From contig JBNRSN020000009.1 in assembly GCA_051313645.2 (NCBI GenBank), forward strand, positions 127,999,459 through 128,032,000: a stretch of DNA of 32,542 bases, given 5' to 3'. The translations under genes and the position numbers were made by a program. Positions 21,298 to 32,284 of the stretch are shown piece by piece. The notes beneath the pieces are model-generated. The model was given only the letters and a program-made list of their open reading frames with translations. It was not told where the DNA came from and did no database searches. How positions within the stretch are numbered: position 1 is the stretch's first letter; every line of letters begins with the position of its first letter. The DNA is from Centroscyllium fabricii. Lineage: Eukaryota.

Positions 21298-22703
21298 ATG
21301 GGAGCCATTTTCTTCCTTCCCTTCTTGGGATTGCATGATCTCTACCAGGAGCAGATGCGGCTACAGCAGCAACAGCACCAGCCACACCAGGAGCCTGACG
21401 CTCCTGTAGACCCTCCGGGGGCATCGGCCAGAAGGCATCGGCGCATCCAAGGCCGTCGCCGCAGAAGATACCCCCCAAACAGGGTCTACAGAGTCCGAGC
21501 CACCTACTCCGACTTTCCTGAGAGGCAGTCACAGACATCTGCGCCATGATGCAGCAAGAGCTGGAGCCCAGCACACCAGGTAGACATGCCTTACCAGTGG
21601 CCCTCAAAGTCACCACCGCACTCAACTTCTTTGCCTCGGGCTCATTCCAGGGATCAGCAGCCGACATCAGCGGAATCTCCCAGTCGGCCGCACACTCCTG
21701 CATCACCCAGGTAACCGATGCCCTCTTTGCCTGCACCCACAATTTGATTCATTTTACCACGGATCGTGCAAGTGTGAGGACCCGAGCGATTGGAATGGCT
21801 CGTCTGGCAGGCTTCCCAAGGGTACAGGGCATCATTGACTGCACACATGTGGCCCTTAGGGCACCCAACGACAACCCAGTAGCTTTTCTCAACCGCAAGG
21901 GCTTCCATTCACTCAATGTTCAACTGGTGTGTGACCACAACAAGGAGATTTTGCATGTGTGTGCCAGGTGCCCTGGCAGCTGCCATGACTCCTATGTCCT
22001 GCGCCAATCAACCTTGCCTACGCTCTTCACACCGCCGGACCAGCTTCTGGGGTGGCTACTTGGAGACAAGGGCTATCCCCTCAGGACTTGGCTCATGACG
22101 CCGGTCAGGAGGCCAGCCAATGAGGCTGAGGAGAACTACAATTCCAGACACATCTCCACCAGAAGCATTATAGAGCACACCATCGGCTTGCTCAAGATGC
22201 GTTTCAGATGCTTGGACAGATCAGGTGGAGCCCTTCAATACACCCCAGCCAGGGTCTCCAGAATGGTAGTGGTTTGCTGTCAACTTCACAACATGGCCCA
22301 GCGCCGTGGCTTGCAACCTCCTGACCAACACCTGCCTCCTCGCATACCGTCCTCAGATGAGGAGGAGGAGGAAGATGAGGAGGAAGAGGAAGAGGAAGAG
22401 GAGGAGGAGGAGGTAGAGGAGGAGGAGGACGGGGTTGCTGCCGCTCGACCCCAGCCAGGGCCACCATTACGCGAGAACGTTGCTGGGCGGCAAGCAAGGA
22501 TGGAGCTCATCCTTGCAAGATTTTCTTGGACTACTCAAGCCAGCTTGTGTTACTCTCCTCATCCTAACAGCGCATCCTCAATGACACACTCCACTCAGTT
22601 CCACAGCTCATACCTGCATGAGCCCCAATACTGTCACAACATTTGTGGGGTGGGGGTTGGGGGAGTGTGCTTCTGGGGCTCGCGCATGCACCCACACGCC
22701 TGA
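21298..22703 (+). pseudogene. Harbinger (HARBI1-like) DDE transposase, frameshifted near 21520
   Basis: ATG at 21298 (MGAIFF...RRRRYPPNRVYR); second frame [10 protein letters not shown]...GIIDCTH...[15 protein letters not shown]...GSCHDS...GDKGY...[15 protein letters not shown]; poly-Glu tail. Confidence 0.92.
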
Positions 22704-23786
22704 CGCACCACACATTTCTTTGATGAACATGGTCCCACCCAAACATCCATCCATCCATCACATGCAATAATGAACACAGAAATATTAAAGGTTGCAACTG
22801 CAACATGCTGTTTAGTAAAGGCATTAAGCAAACATGGCCACATGCATGGTTGTTCAACTGATGACCAGCACTTATGAATCACTGCATTAATGATGTCCCA
22901 GGCATCTCAGCTGCAGACATGCAGGTTGAAACGGTCAAAATGTCATTATCAGCAATGCTGCACCTCAGACAGTCCACTTTGGAGCTTGCAACTTCATATC
23001 CAGTCAATCATGTTCCCCCCTCTCACGTGCTGCCCCTCCCTTTTCAAGAGTGACACATTCTGACAAACCAGGGCAGCACACCCGCACGAGGCAGGAGCTG
23101 TGGAGGGCGGTGAGGGTCAATGTCTGGTGGGTCTTCACCCACCTGATCTTGTTTGATGCGTCAGAGCTGAGGCATGCTGGCACCATGGCTCCTTGGCCAT
23201 TCCATCAGGGTCAGGTGCTGTGAGAGGCCATTTGAAGCCAGATGATGTTGAATGCGTGGGTACTTTGGACATTTGGCGCATCTTTTCTTTGCCCACCTCG
23301 ATCCTTTTAAAGTTTGGTTCGTGTTAAAGTTCAGCACTGAGGCGTGTTTGCTGGTGTAGCGAAAACATCAGGTGGTTTGTTCAGATAACCTGGTCATCCT
23401 TTGCACCACACATCGGTCATACAGTCCCTCTTTTCGCTGGTGTGCGTCACCATGCAGGTAGGCTGGTTTCAAGGCCCTTCACTGTTAACCATTCAGCTGC
23501 AGTGTGCTCCTGAACCTCATTCGTCCTGCTGGAAGTCCTTCTGCCATGTTGCGTCAGCATCCTTGCATATCTGTGAGGCCTGCCCGATTGCTGTCCAGCC
23601 TGCATAAGGTTTCAATGTGGAAGGGCCATTCGCAAGATGTCAGACATGACAACTGCATCAGGTGGCACCTGCAGTGGTATGCTGTGTGACCACTGCTTTG
23701 GAGACCTAAGTTACACTAACATCCAAGTGACTCCCGTTGTGCCTAAGTGTGCTTACTGGTTCTTTTACGAGTGCTCCTACGTGGTG

Positions 23787-25737
23787 CTATCCCTGTGGTG
23801 TCAGCAGATGTGGAGGCCCCCTGCTGGGTGCCCTGCTGCTCCTGTCTGGACACCTTTGGCGGTCGTCCTCTGGGGCGGCGAGCCGGTGGGGGCTCGCTGC
23901 CAGTCTGCTGCTCCTGCGGCTGGGCAGGGTATGAGAATTCCATCTCAGGTGCATGGCGACTCCGGCGGGCCTCTGACCGAGGGCTCTGCAGTGGTGTGGA
24001 TGTGGGAGCGCTTGGAGTGGAGCCCCACTTCCTTCAGCTGCACCACCAACCTCCCCCTCAGCGCCAGCAAGTGGCTGGACAGCACCTTGCTGCACTTCAG
24101 GGGGGCCATGGGGACCCGTTTCTGCAGTGGAAGTCCTACTCAGAGGGACTTCCACGAAGGTCTGGGTCATCTGCTCAATAGATGCCACTCGCTGCTCAAG
24201 AGATGTGTATCTATTGTGGACAGTGCCCATGTCTTCGAAAGACTGGCGACTTATGTGCTCGATGGCCATGGCCATCCTCTCGTCCATGGTCGCTATCCTT
24301 TCCATGGTGGTCACCATCCTTTCCATGGTGGTTGCCATCCTTTCCATGGTGATGCGATCATGCGCCACTGACTCCGCAAGGTCGCTTCTCATGCTTGCGA
24401 CAGACTCCTCCATTCGCATGACACTCGCAGCTACCTGGGAGAGAAAACCTGTCAGAGACTCCTGCATCTGTGTCTGGAGTCCCATCATGTGTCCTCTGCC
24501 TGATGGATCCAAAGGCACTGTGTCTACATGCAGCTCAGCTAAGCTGGCAGAGTCCTGCGCCCTCCGACTACGACCCTGCACTGCTGTCCCTGTCTCCACA
24601 ATCTGCTGAGGCTCACTAGTGCTGTCTGAATCACCCGGTGACAAGTTATATGTAGCTCTAGGGGGGCCCACCGAGGTGCTAGTATCTGCGCTGGTGCCGG
24701 GTGGAGTCTGTGGTGCTGACGGTGCACACTCAGAGGTGGCAGGTTCCCCTGAGGACTGAACAGGGGCGGCCTGGTGCTGAGCTGTCGTTGGCTGTCCAGC
24801 TGCGGCTGGCTCTGTGGGGCAGTGAAGGCAGAGGTTAGAGATATGTCAGCAAGGTTACATACAGATAGCATTCAGGAGCTGAGCAGAGCTGCCTCTGCAG
24901 TGCTTTTACTTTCATTGTGCCAGTCTCATGTGTTAGTTTTAAGAGAAATAATTAAACCATGCTGTCACCAGCTCGAGATTGCCTGCCTGCCTCGCCGTCA
25001 CCCACTCCCGGGCCTTGCCCCTCCCCAACGAGGTCTAGCACTGCCTCCTCCCAGGTGGTGAGCTGCTGGATGGTGGGGGGTCCTCCTCCGGTCCCAGCGC
25101 TGTGCCGCTTGTTGGCGGCTGTCTTTTCCTGCAATGAGGGAGAGAAGTGGAGGTTGAGTGAGAAGGAAGGAGTTGTTGCAGCGAGTGAGCAGCAAAGTTT
25201 GCTGTAGGGTGACAAAGATGCAGTGAGCCTGCAAGACCAAAGGCTCTCCCTGTGTGGTGCCAGATGTGCAGCAAGCATGAGAGTGAAAGGGAGTGTGAGG
25301 GCTGAATGGAGGGAAAGAACCGTGAGTGTGAGCATAGATAGAGAGGGAGAATGGGTAAGGTTGCTTGGAGGTGATGGGCAAGTGGGATGTGGAGGAAGGG
25401 AGCGGTGAAGATAAGTTGTGGTGAGGAGAGGTGAGGGGGATGAGATTGAGGGTGAGGGGAAATGAATACTTACTCTGGCACAGCGATGAAGGTCATGCAG
25501 TCGCTTGCGACACTGCAGCCAGGACCGGGGTGTTGTGCCCAAGGAGCTGACCCCCTCAGCCACCTGCTTCCATGCAGCCTTCATCTGTGAGGGAGGTCTC
25601 TTCCTCCCTGAGGAGGGGAAGAGAACCTCCCTATGGGTAGTTGCCCCCTCGAGCAATGTGTCAAGGGATGCATCATCAAATTTGGGTGTGGGTCGTCCCC
25701 TCGCGCTGCCCGATGCAGCACCCTCACGCTCTGCCAT
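23787..25737 (-). CDS. Harbinger Myb/SANT-like DNA-binding protein, predicted 3 exons (25737-25474, 25128-24969, 24811-23787), 482 aa
   Basis: PKFDDASLDTLL...W..VA..VS....RSWLQCRKRLHDL trihelix signature; EK...TGGGPP motif; introns GTAAGT..TTGCAG and GTGACA..CCACAG; exon lengths 264+160+1025=1449 nt keep the frame without stops. Confidence 0.82.
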
Positions 25738-25784
25738 CCTGCTGAAGGTTGCAGAGCTCTGAGCAGCGCGGGAGGCGAGCTGTG

Positions 25785-25852
25785 TTTTATAAAGAAAACC
25801 CGAATCCTGACGTCATACTGTGCGACTTTCTGACTGGAAATCGGTGATTGGG
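25785..25852 (-). promoter_or_regulatory. Putative promoter of the Myb-like gene (TATA, CRE, CCAAT)
   Basis: Minus-strand TATAAAA at 25785-25791, TGACGTCA at 25808-25815, CCAAT at 25847-25851, upstream of ATG 25737. Confidence 0.5.
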
Positions 25853-26109
25853 AAGGCTTCCCACATGTGGGGAATTAATTGGGTCGTTAGACGAAAATTG
25901 CGTGGGAAACGCAGCCACTTAATCGGGCGGGACAAAAACCCGCCCTGACCAATCCCTGCCAGTTTCTCGCCATTGGGGCAAAATTCCCCCCCCTAGTCAC
26001 TATACAACGACTTATGCTGGTGTGTGTGTGTTTGGTGAGCATAGGATCCAGTTCAAGTGTGATGCGCTGTACGGTCAAAATGGCATCAAAAATGAAATGA
26101 CATACCAGG

Positions 26110-26490
26110 TACATTCTGGAAAGTGTAATTTCCAAAAGGTATTTGACAAAGTTCCACATGAAAGGCTGTTAACCTGAAGACTGAAGGAACCCTAGAAATG
26201 GCCAAAAAACTGGCTGAAAAATGTAGAAAATGACTACTCTAAAGCGGAGCAATGTCAGGATGGGGAAGTACCGAGTGGGTCATCCTATTGCTCAGTGTTA
26301 GCACCATTACTATTTCCAATTTAAATACGTGACCTGGATGCAAAAATGCAATGTGGTCAAATTTACAGCAATACCGAACTAGGAGGGACACTGGAATCAT
26401 AATAGGCAGCTCAGCAATTACAGAATGAATTCCACAAAATATGTTAAGTGGGCAGAATAACAGATGAAAATTAATGCAGACAAGTGCAAC
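26110..26490 (+). mobile_element. Old, degenerate CR1 RT fragment
   Basis: TTCCAAAAGGTATTTGACAAAGTTCCACATGAAAGGCTG (FQKVFDKVPHERL); GVP-like and NADKC remnants. Confidence 0.7.
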
Positions 26491-26494
26491 ATAT

Positions 26495-26858
26495 GAGGTG
26501 TACATAATTATGAGGGGCATAGATAGGGTAGATAGAAAGGAACCTTTTCCCTTAGTAGAGGGGTCAATAACCAGGGGGCATAGTTTCAAGGTAAGGGGCA
26601 GGAGGTTTAGAGGGGATTTGAGGAAGAACTTTTTCACCCAGAGGGTGGTTGGAATCTGGAACTCACTGCCTGAAAGGGTGGTAGAGGCAGGAATCCTCAC
26701 AACATTCAAGATGCATTTAGATGAGCACTTGAAATGCCATAGCATACAAGGCTACGGACCAAGTGCTGGAAAATGGGATGGCATTAGACAGGGCTTGATG
26801 GCCGGCGCGGACACGATGGGCCGAAGGGCCTCTTTCTGTGCTGTATGACTCTATGACT
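26495..26858 (+). mobile_element. 5'-truncated CR1 3' end (different subfamily)
   Basis: EVYIIMRGIDRVDRKEPFPL...KNFFTQRVVGIWNSLP; tail GGGCCGAAGGGCC...(TATGACTC)2. Confidence 0.9.
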
Positions 26859-27215
26859 CGACAGACGAGATGCAGGAAGGATGTTCCCGATGGCAGGGGA
26901 GTCCAGAACCAGGGGTCACAGTCTAAGGATAAGGGGTAAGCCATTTAGGACTGTGGTGAGGAGGAATTTCTTCACCCAGAGAGTTGTGAACTTGTGGAAT
27001 TCTCTACCACAGAAGGCAGTTGAGGCCAATTCATTAAATATGTTCAAGAAGGAGTTAGATACAGTATATTTCTCAAGGCTAAAGGGATCAAGGGATATGG
27101 GGAGAAAGCAGGGACAGGGTACTGAATTTGGATGATCAGCCATGATCTTATTGAATGGCGGAGTGGGCTTGAGGGGCCGATTGGCCTACTCCTGCTCCTA
27201 TTTCTTTTGTTCTTA
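26855..27215 (+). mobile_element. CR1 3' end (LDR..GRMFPMAGESRTRGH... plus 3' UTR)
   Basis: Matches 17998-18350 and the inverted fragment at 11332-11554. Confidence 0.92.
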
Positions 27216-27370
27216 TCCCAGGATATAATAGCCCTCAGTTCAAAAACCTTCCTTCTCCCTTCCCCGTTAGTTCTTCCAGTGAGAATCTTTGGTTTCCGTC
27301 CTCTTGTTCCCCATCTGCCGACCAGTGGAAACAATCTTTCACTATTTAACCACAGTAAAATCCCCATGTT
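27216..27370 (-). mobile_element. Old CR1 ORF2 C-terminal fragment
   Basis: ERLFPLVGRWGTRGRKPKI...RRKVF resembles the CR1 C-terminus. Confidence 0.6.
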
Positions 27371-27384
27371 TCACATCTCTTTAC

Positions 27385-27815
27385 TAGCTTCTCCTCTCTC
27401 ACTCCCACTCCACATTGCTGCTGCTCCCGTCTGCAGAAGATGTTGGGCCAGTCCCACCCAATTCCCTCTCTCCAACCCCATCCAATCCTACAGATCTTCA
27501 GTCTCCTCTCCCCGAACCCCCAATCGCCGGTCTTCTCTCCTGCTGATGCCCCCCGACCCCCCATTCCCCAGTCTTTGTTTCTCCCCTGACCTCCATTCCT
27601 CAGACTCCCTCTTTCCCCATGAGTCCCCATCCCTCGTCCCGGTCTCCCTCACCCTAGTCTACCCTCTGCCCCTGCCCCAATCCCCATCACCTAAACTCTA
27701 TTCACTCTCTTCCAACCCAGCCACACACCTCACCCAGCTCTGCCTCTCTCTTCTCCCCCTCCTTCCACCTACCCCCACCCCTCCAGACTCCCGGTCTTTC
27801 TCTACCAGCCGGTCC
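27385..27815. repeat. C/T-rich low-complexity tract
   Basis: Strong pyrimidine skew with no clear periodicity. Confidence 0.7.
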
Positions 27816-28167
27816 CGTTTCCTGTTAAGTGGTGACATACAGAGCGGGTTGGGGGGCTGGTGTCACGGATGAGGCATAGAATTTAAAGGGTGAAGTTCTA
27901 ACAAGCTGCTAGTAGCAGTGGCCAGAAGATAGACGCCCCATTCCAGGAACTCGCAGGCCATCCGGGAGGATTAGTAACCCTAGTGAAGAAAGATTCTGGA
28001 GCGAGAAGGGATTGAGCGCTATCGTGGATAGGTGCGCTTGATCTATTAGAAAAACACTGGTTTGTTTAGTTTAATGACCTTTTCCTATTCCTAAAAAGTC
28101 TTGTGTTCTGCCCATTGCACATGATCACTTGTGTCAATTGTAGTAGTTATACTGACTATTTCAACAG

Positions 28168-28306
28168 ACAGACAGGGCCTTGGTCTGAAACACAGCACCT
28201 CCAACAATACAGCACTCCCTCAGTACTGCAATGAAGTGCCAGCCTAGAATAGATTCTGTGCTCAAGTCTTGGATGTACGACCTGCTGACTCAGATAAAAG
28301 TGCTAC
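28168..28306 (-). mobile_element. DeuSINE/SacSINE1-like 5' fragment
   Basis: CAGCACTCCCTCAGTACTGCAATGAAGTGCCAGCCTAG is the reverse complement of a variant of 6629-6666. Confidence 0.7.
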
Positions 28307-28403
28307 TTTTACAAAGTCAATTTGATGCCATTGAGCCTACCTGAGACTCAATGCAGTAAGTAAACTACATTGGAGAATTACATATTTAGATGTAAGTGAT
28401 AAC

Positions 28404-29447
28404 GGGCCAGAAATTCCGATGCCTAAAGCAGATGCCCACGGCGATGCCCACGGATCCGAGATGCCCACGGATCCGAAATTTCCGATGCTGAGGGAAAAGG
28501 GCCCTTAGCATAATGCCCAGGAATGAGTTGCACCCAAAAATTCCGATTGAAAAAGCGTCATTTTTTTCCGTGATTCTGTGGGCAACGTTGCCTTCAGATG
28601 CCCTCGAAAAAAGCTGGAGTAACTCGTGGCCTTCAGATGCCCTCGAAAAAAGCTGGAGTAACTCGTGGGTTTCAGCGTGAAAAGGTAAGTTCTAGCAAAT
28701 TTATTTCAGTTTTGATGTTTGAGTGGTGTTTAGTAAAAGTTGTGAGTGAGTGTGAACGTTTTAGAAAAAAATTTGAAAATCGCGTTTTTAAGTGTTTTTT
28801 TCCCGTTTTTTTTAACCAAAAATGGTGCTGTTTTTTTTCAACCAAATTAAGTACCTTCTAATCCCCCACTGCTGAAAGTATTTTTGGGGGGATTTCAGTC
28901 TCAGATAACTGAGAAATGCGTTTTTCATTTTAGTTGGTGGAGTGCTGAAAGGTTTCTGTTAAGGCTTGCTTTGCTAAAAGTTAAGTTCCAGCAAAATAAC
29001 TCCAGTTTTGATGTTTGAGTGGTGTTTAGTAAAAGTTGTGAGTGAGTGTTATGTTTTAGAAAAAAAATTGAAAATTGCGTTTTTAAGTGTTTTTTCCCCG
29101 TTTTTTTAACCAAAAATGGTGCCGTTTTTTTTCAACCAAATTGTTTGAATCAGCAGAAAAGCAAGCACATTTACCAAACTCTGCTGCTGAATAAAATGGT
29201 TGCAGTTCTCTGCAGCACTTTCTGTACTTTGATCAGGGGGCGTGTACATTTAAATTAGCCCTCAGAGGGCGGGGCTTGCTGCAGCAAGCAAGCAGAAACG
29301 TTGCCCACCAAAACTGGCTGAGCAGAAACGATGCCCACGAAGAAGGTAATCAGTATCGGAATTTTCAAGGGCAAAAACGGGACGTCTCCCGTGGGCAACG
29401 TAACTGAAACGATGCCCACGAAACGGGTCAAGCGGAATTTCTGGCCC
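28404..29447. mobile_element. Non-autonomous PIF/Harbinger-type MITE (MITE-2)
   Basis: Perfect 15-bp TIR GGGCCAGAAATTCCG / CGGAATTTCTGGCCC; 3-bp TSD AAC at 28401-28403 and 29448-29450; repeated subterminal GATGCCCACG. Confidence 0.92.
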
Positions 29448-29741
29448 AACATGTTTAGAAACTGCACAAGTGAGACTGATCAGGCAACCCGTGAAGTGCA
29501 TTGTCTTATGTATGCTTTACCAGGAGTGGTGGCCTCTATTCTATATATACCCTGTACACTACAATTCTTTAGAAGTGAACCAGTTATTATTTATTTTTCT
29601 GAAAGGGGAGCACATAAATCACATACAGCAAAGGCACAGAATGTTGTACAATGTAAAATATTTGTAAATAAGCAAACCAAACCTCATAATAATCAGAGAA
29701 GCTGGATGTCTGGTCTGGAAGCGAATGGGCATAGTGCGAAT

Positions 29742-29770
29742 GGTAGCATAATGGTTATGTTACTGGACTA
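29742..29770 (+). mobile_element. Isolated SINE head (A box) abutting a CR1 tail
   Basis: GGTAGCATAATGGTTATGTTACTGGACTA contains the A box TAGCATAATGG. Confidence 0.5.
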
Positions 29771-32265
29771 CATAGAAACATAGAAGATAGGAGCAGGAGT
29801 AGGCCATTCAGCCCCTTGAGCCTGCTCCACCATTTAATGAGGTCATGGCTGATCATCGACCTCAACTCCACTTGCCCACCCAATCCCCATATCCCTTGAT
29901 TCCCCTAGAGTCCAAAAATCTATCTATCTCAGTGTTGAATATACTCAAAGACTCCACAGCCACTTGGGGCAGAGAATTCCAAAGATTCACAACTGTAAAT
30001 GAAGAAATTTCTCCTCAGCTCGGTCTTAAATGGCCGACCCCTTATCCTGAGACTATGCCCCCCCAGTTCTAGACACTCCAGTCAGGGGAAACAACTTCTC
30101 AGCATCTACCCGGTCAATCCCCCTCAGAGCCTTATATATTTCAATGAGATCACTTCTCATTCTTCTGAACTCGAGAGAGTATAGGCCCATTCTACTCAAC
30201 CTCTCCTCATAGGACAACCCTCTCATTCCAGAGATCAATCTAGTGAACCTTCATTGCACCGCCTCTAAGGCACGTATATCCTTTCTCAGACAAGAAAACC
30301 AAAACCGTGCATAGCACTCCAGGGTGTTTTCTCACCAAAGCCCTGTACAGCTGTAGTAAGACTTCCTTACTCTTGTACTGCAACCCCCTTGCAATAAAGG
30401 CCAACATGCCATTTGCCTTCCTTATTGCTTGCTGTACCTGCATGCTAACTCTGTGGTTCCTGTACGAGGACACCTACATCTCTCTGAACACCAACATTTG
30501 ATAGTTTCTCACCATTTAAAAATTATTCTGTTTTTCTATTCTTCCTTCCAAAGTGAATATCCTCACATCTCCTCACATTATATTCCATCTGGCAACTTAT
30601 TTCCCACTCACTTAACCGGTCTATATCCCTTTGCAGGCTCTTTGTGTCCTCCTCACAGCTTACTGTCCCACCAGCATTGTGTCATCAGCAAACTTGGACA
30701 CATTGCACTTAGTCCCTTTGTCAAAGTCATTAATATAAATTGTAAATAACAGAGGCCCCACACTGATCCTTGCGGTACCCCATTAGTTACAGCCTGCCAA
30801 CTCGAAAATGACCTGTTTATCCCTACTCTCTGTTTTCTTTCTGTTAACCAATCCTCTATCCATGCTACTATATTACCCCCAACCCCATGAGGCCTTATCT
30901 TGCGTAGCAACCTTTTATATGGCACCTTATCAAATGCCTTTTGGAAAACCAAATACATCACATCCACTAGTTCCCCACTAAGTTACATCCTCAAAAAACT
31001 CTAAATAAATTTGTTAAATACGATTTCCCTTTCATAAAACCATATTGACTCTGCCTAATGATAGTATAATTTGCTAGGTGCCCGTTACCACTTCCTTAAT
31101 AATGGATTCCAGCATTTTCCCACAAACTGATGTCAGGCTAACTGGCCTGGAGTTGCTTGTATTCTCTCTCTCTCCTTTCTTGAATAGCAGGGTTACATTT
31201 GCTACCTTCCAATCTGCTGGGACCGTTCTAGAATCTAGGGAATTTTGGAAGATCACAACCAATGCATCCACTATCTCTGCAGCCACCTCTTTTAGAACCC
31301 TAGGATGCAGACCATCAGGTCCAAGGGATTTGTCGGCTTTTAGTCCCATTAGTTTCTGAAGTACTTTTTCTCTGTTGATGTTAATTACTTTTAAGTTCCT
31401 CACTCTTATTAGCCACTTGGTTCCTCGCTATTTTTGGTATGCTTTTTGTGTCTTCTACTGTGAAGACAGATACAAAATATCTGTTTAAAGTCTCTGCCAT
31501 TTCTTTATTCCCCATTATAATTTCACCTTTTCTCAGCCTCTAAGGGACCAACGTTTATTTTTGCTCTCTTCCTTTATACATACTTGTAGAAGCTCTTAGT
31601 CTGTTTTTATATTTCTTGCTAGTTTACTCTTTCTATTTTCTCCCTTTTTATCAATTTTTGGTCATCCTTTGCTGGTTTCTGAAACTCTCACAATCCTCAG
31701 ACTTCCTAGTATTCTTTGCAATATTATAAGCCTCTTCTTTTAATCTAATACAATCTTTAACTTCTTCAGTTAGCCACAGATGGATCAGTTTTCCCGTGGA
31801 GTTTTATTTCTCAATGAAATGCATATTCGTTGAAAATTTTGGAATATTTCTTTGAATGTTTGCCACTGCTTTATCTACCATCATAGCTTATTAATCTAAT
31901 TTCCCAATCTACCTCAGCTAACTCACCCCTCATACCTAGGTAATTGGCTTTAATTAAGTTTATGACTCTTGTTTCTGACTGAAGTATTTCATCAAACTCA
32001 ATGTGAAATTTTATCTTATGATCATTCTTCCCCAGAGGATCCTTTACTATGAGATTACTAATTAACCCTGTTTCATTGCACAATACAAGATCTAAAAAGC
32101 CTGTTCCTTGATAGTTCCATGACTTAATGGGCTAGGAAACTGTCTCAAATGCATTCCATGAACACCTCCTCCCTCCAGACTACCTTTGTCAATTTGATTT
32201 GCCCAGTCTGTATGAAGATTAAAGTCCCTCATGATTATTCTATTACCTTTGTTACAAGCATTATT
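29771..32265 (-). mobile_element. Decayed 5'-truncated CR1 LINE (partial APE + RT + 3' UTR)
   Basis: Fragments KADKSLGPDGLHPRVLKE, FQKAFDKVP, GVPQGSV, GLYSLEFRRMR; tail (TTCTATGT)n at 29771. Confidence 0.93.
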
Positions 32266-32284
32266 TGTTGATTAATACGATTAA

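Larger units (their letters stand above)
20769..25992. mobile_element. PIF/Harbinger DNA transposon, about 5.2 kb, two convergent genes
   Basis: TIRs GGGGGGAATTTT (20769-20780) and AAAATTCCCCCCC (25980-25992); 3-bp TSD CTA at 20766-20768 and 25993-25995; DDE transposase plus Myb/SANT gene. Confidence 0.95.

Noticed and set aside
21546-22703. Domesticated host HARBI1 gene
   Set aside because: It is bounded by TIRs and a TSD, inserted in a SINE and frameshifted, so it is a transposon copy.
23637-24609. Plus-strand ORFs of 244, 144 and 160 aa
   Set aside because: They are antisense shadows of the GC-rich Myb-gene exon 3.
27132-27872. 246-aa Pro/Ser/Leu-rich ORF
   Set aside because: It is composed of a CR1 tail, an antisense CR1 fragment and a C/T-rich low-complexity tract.
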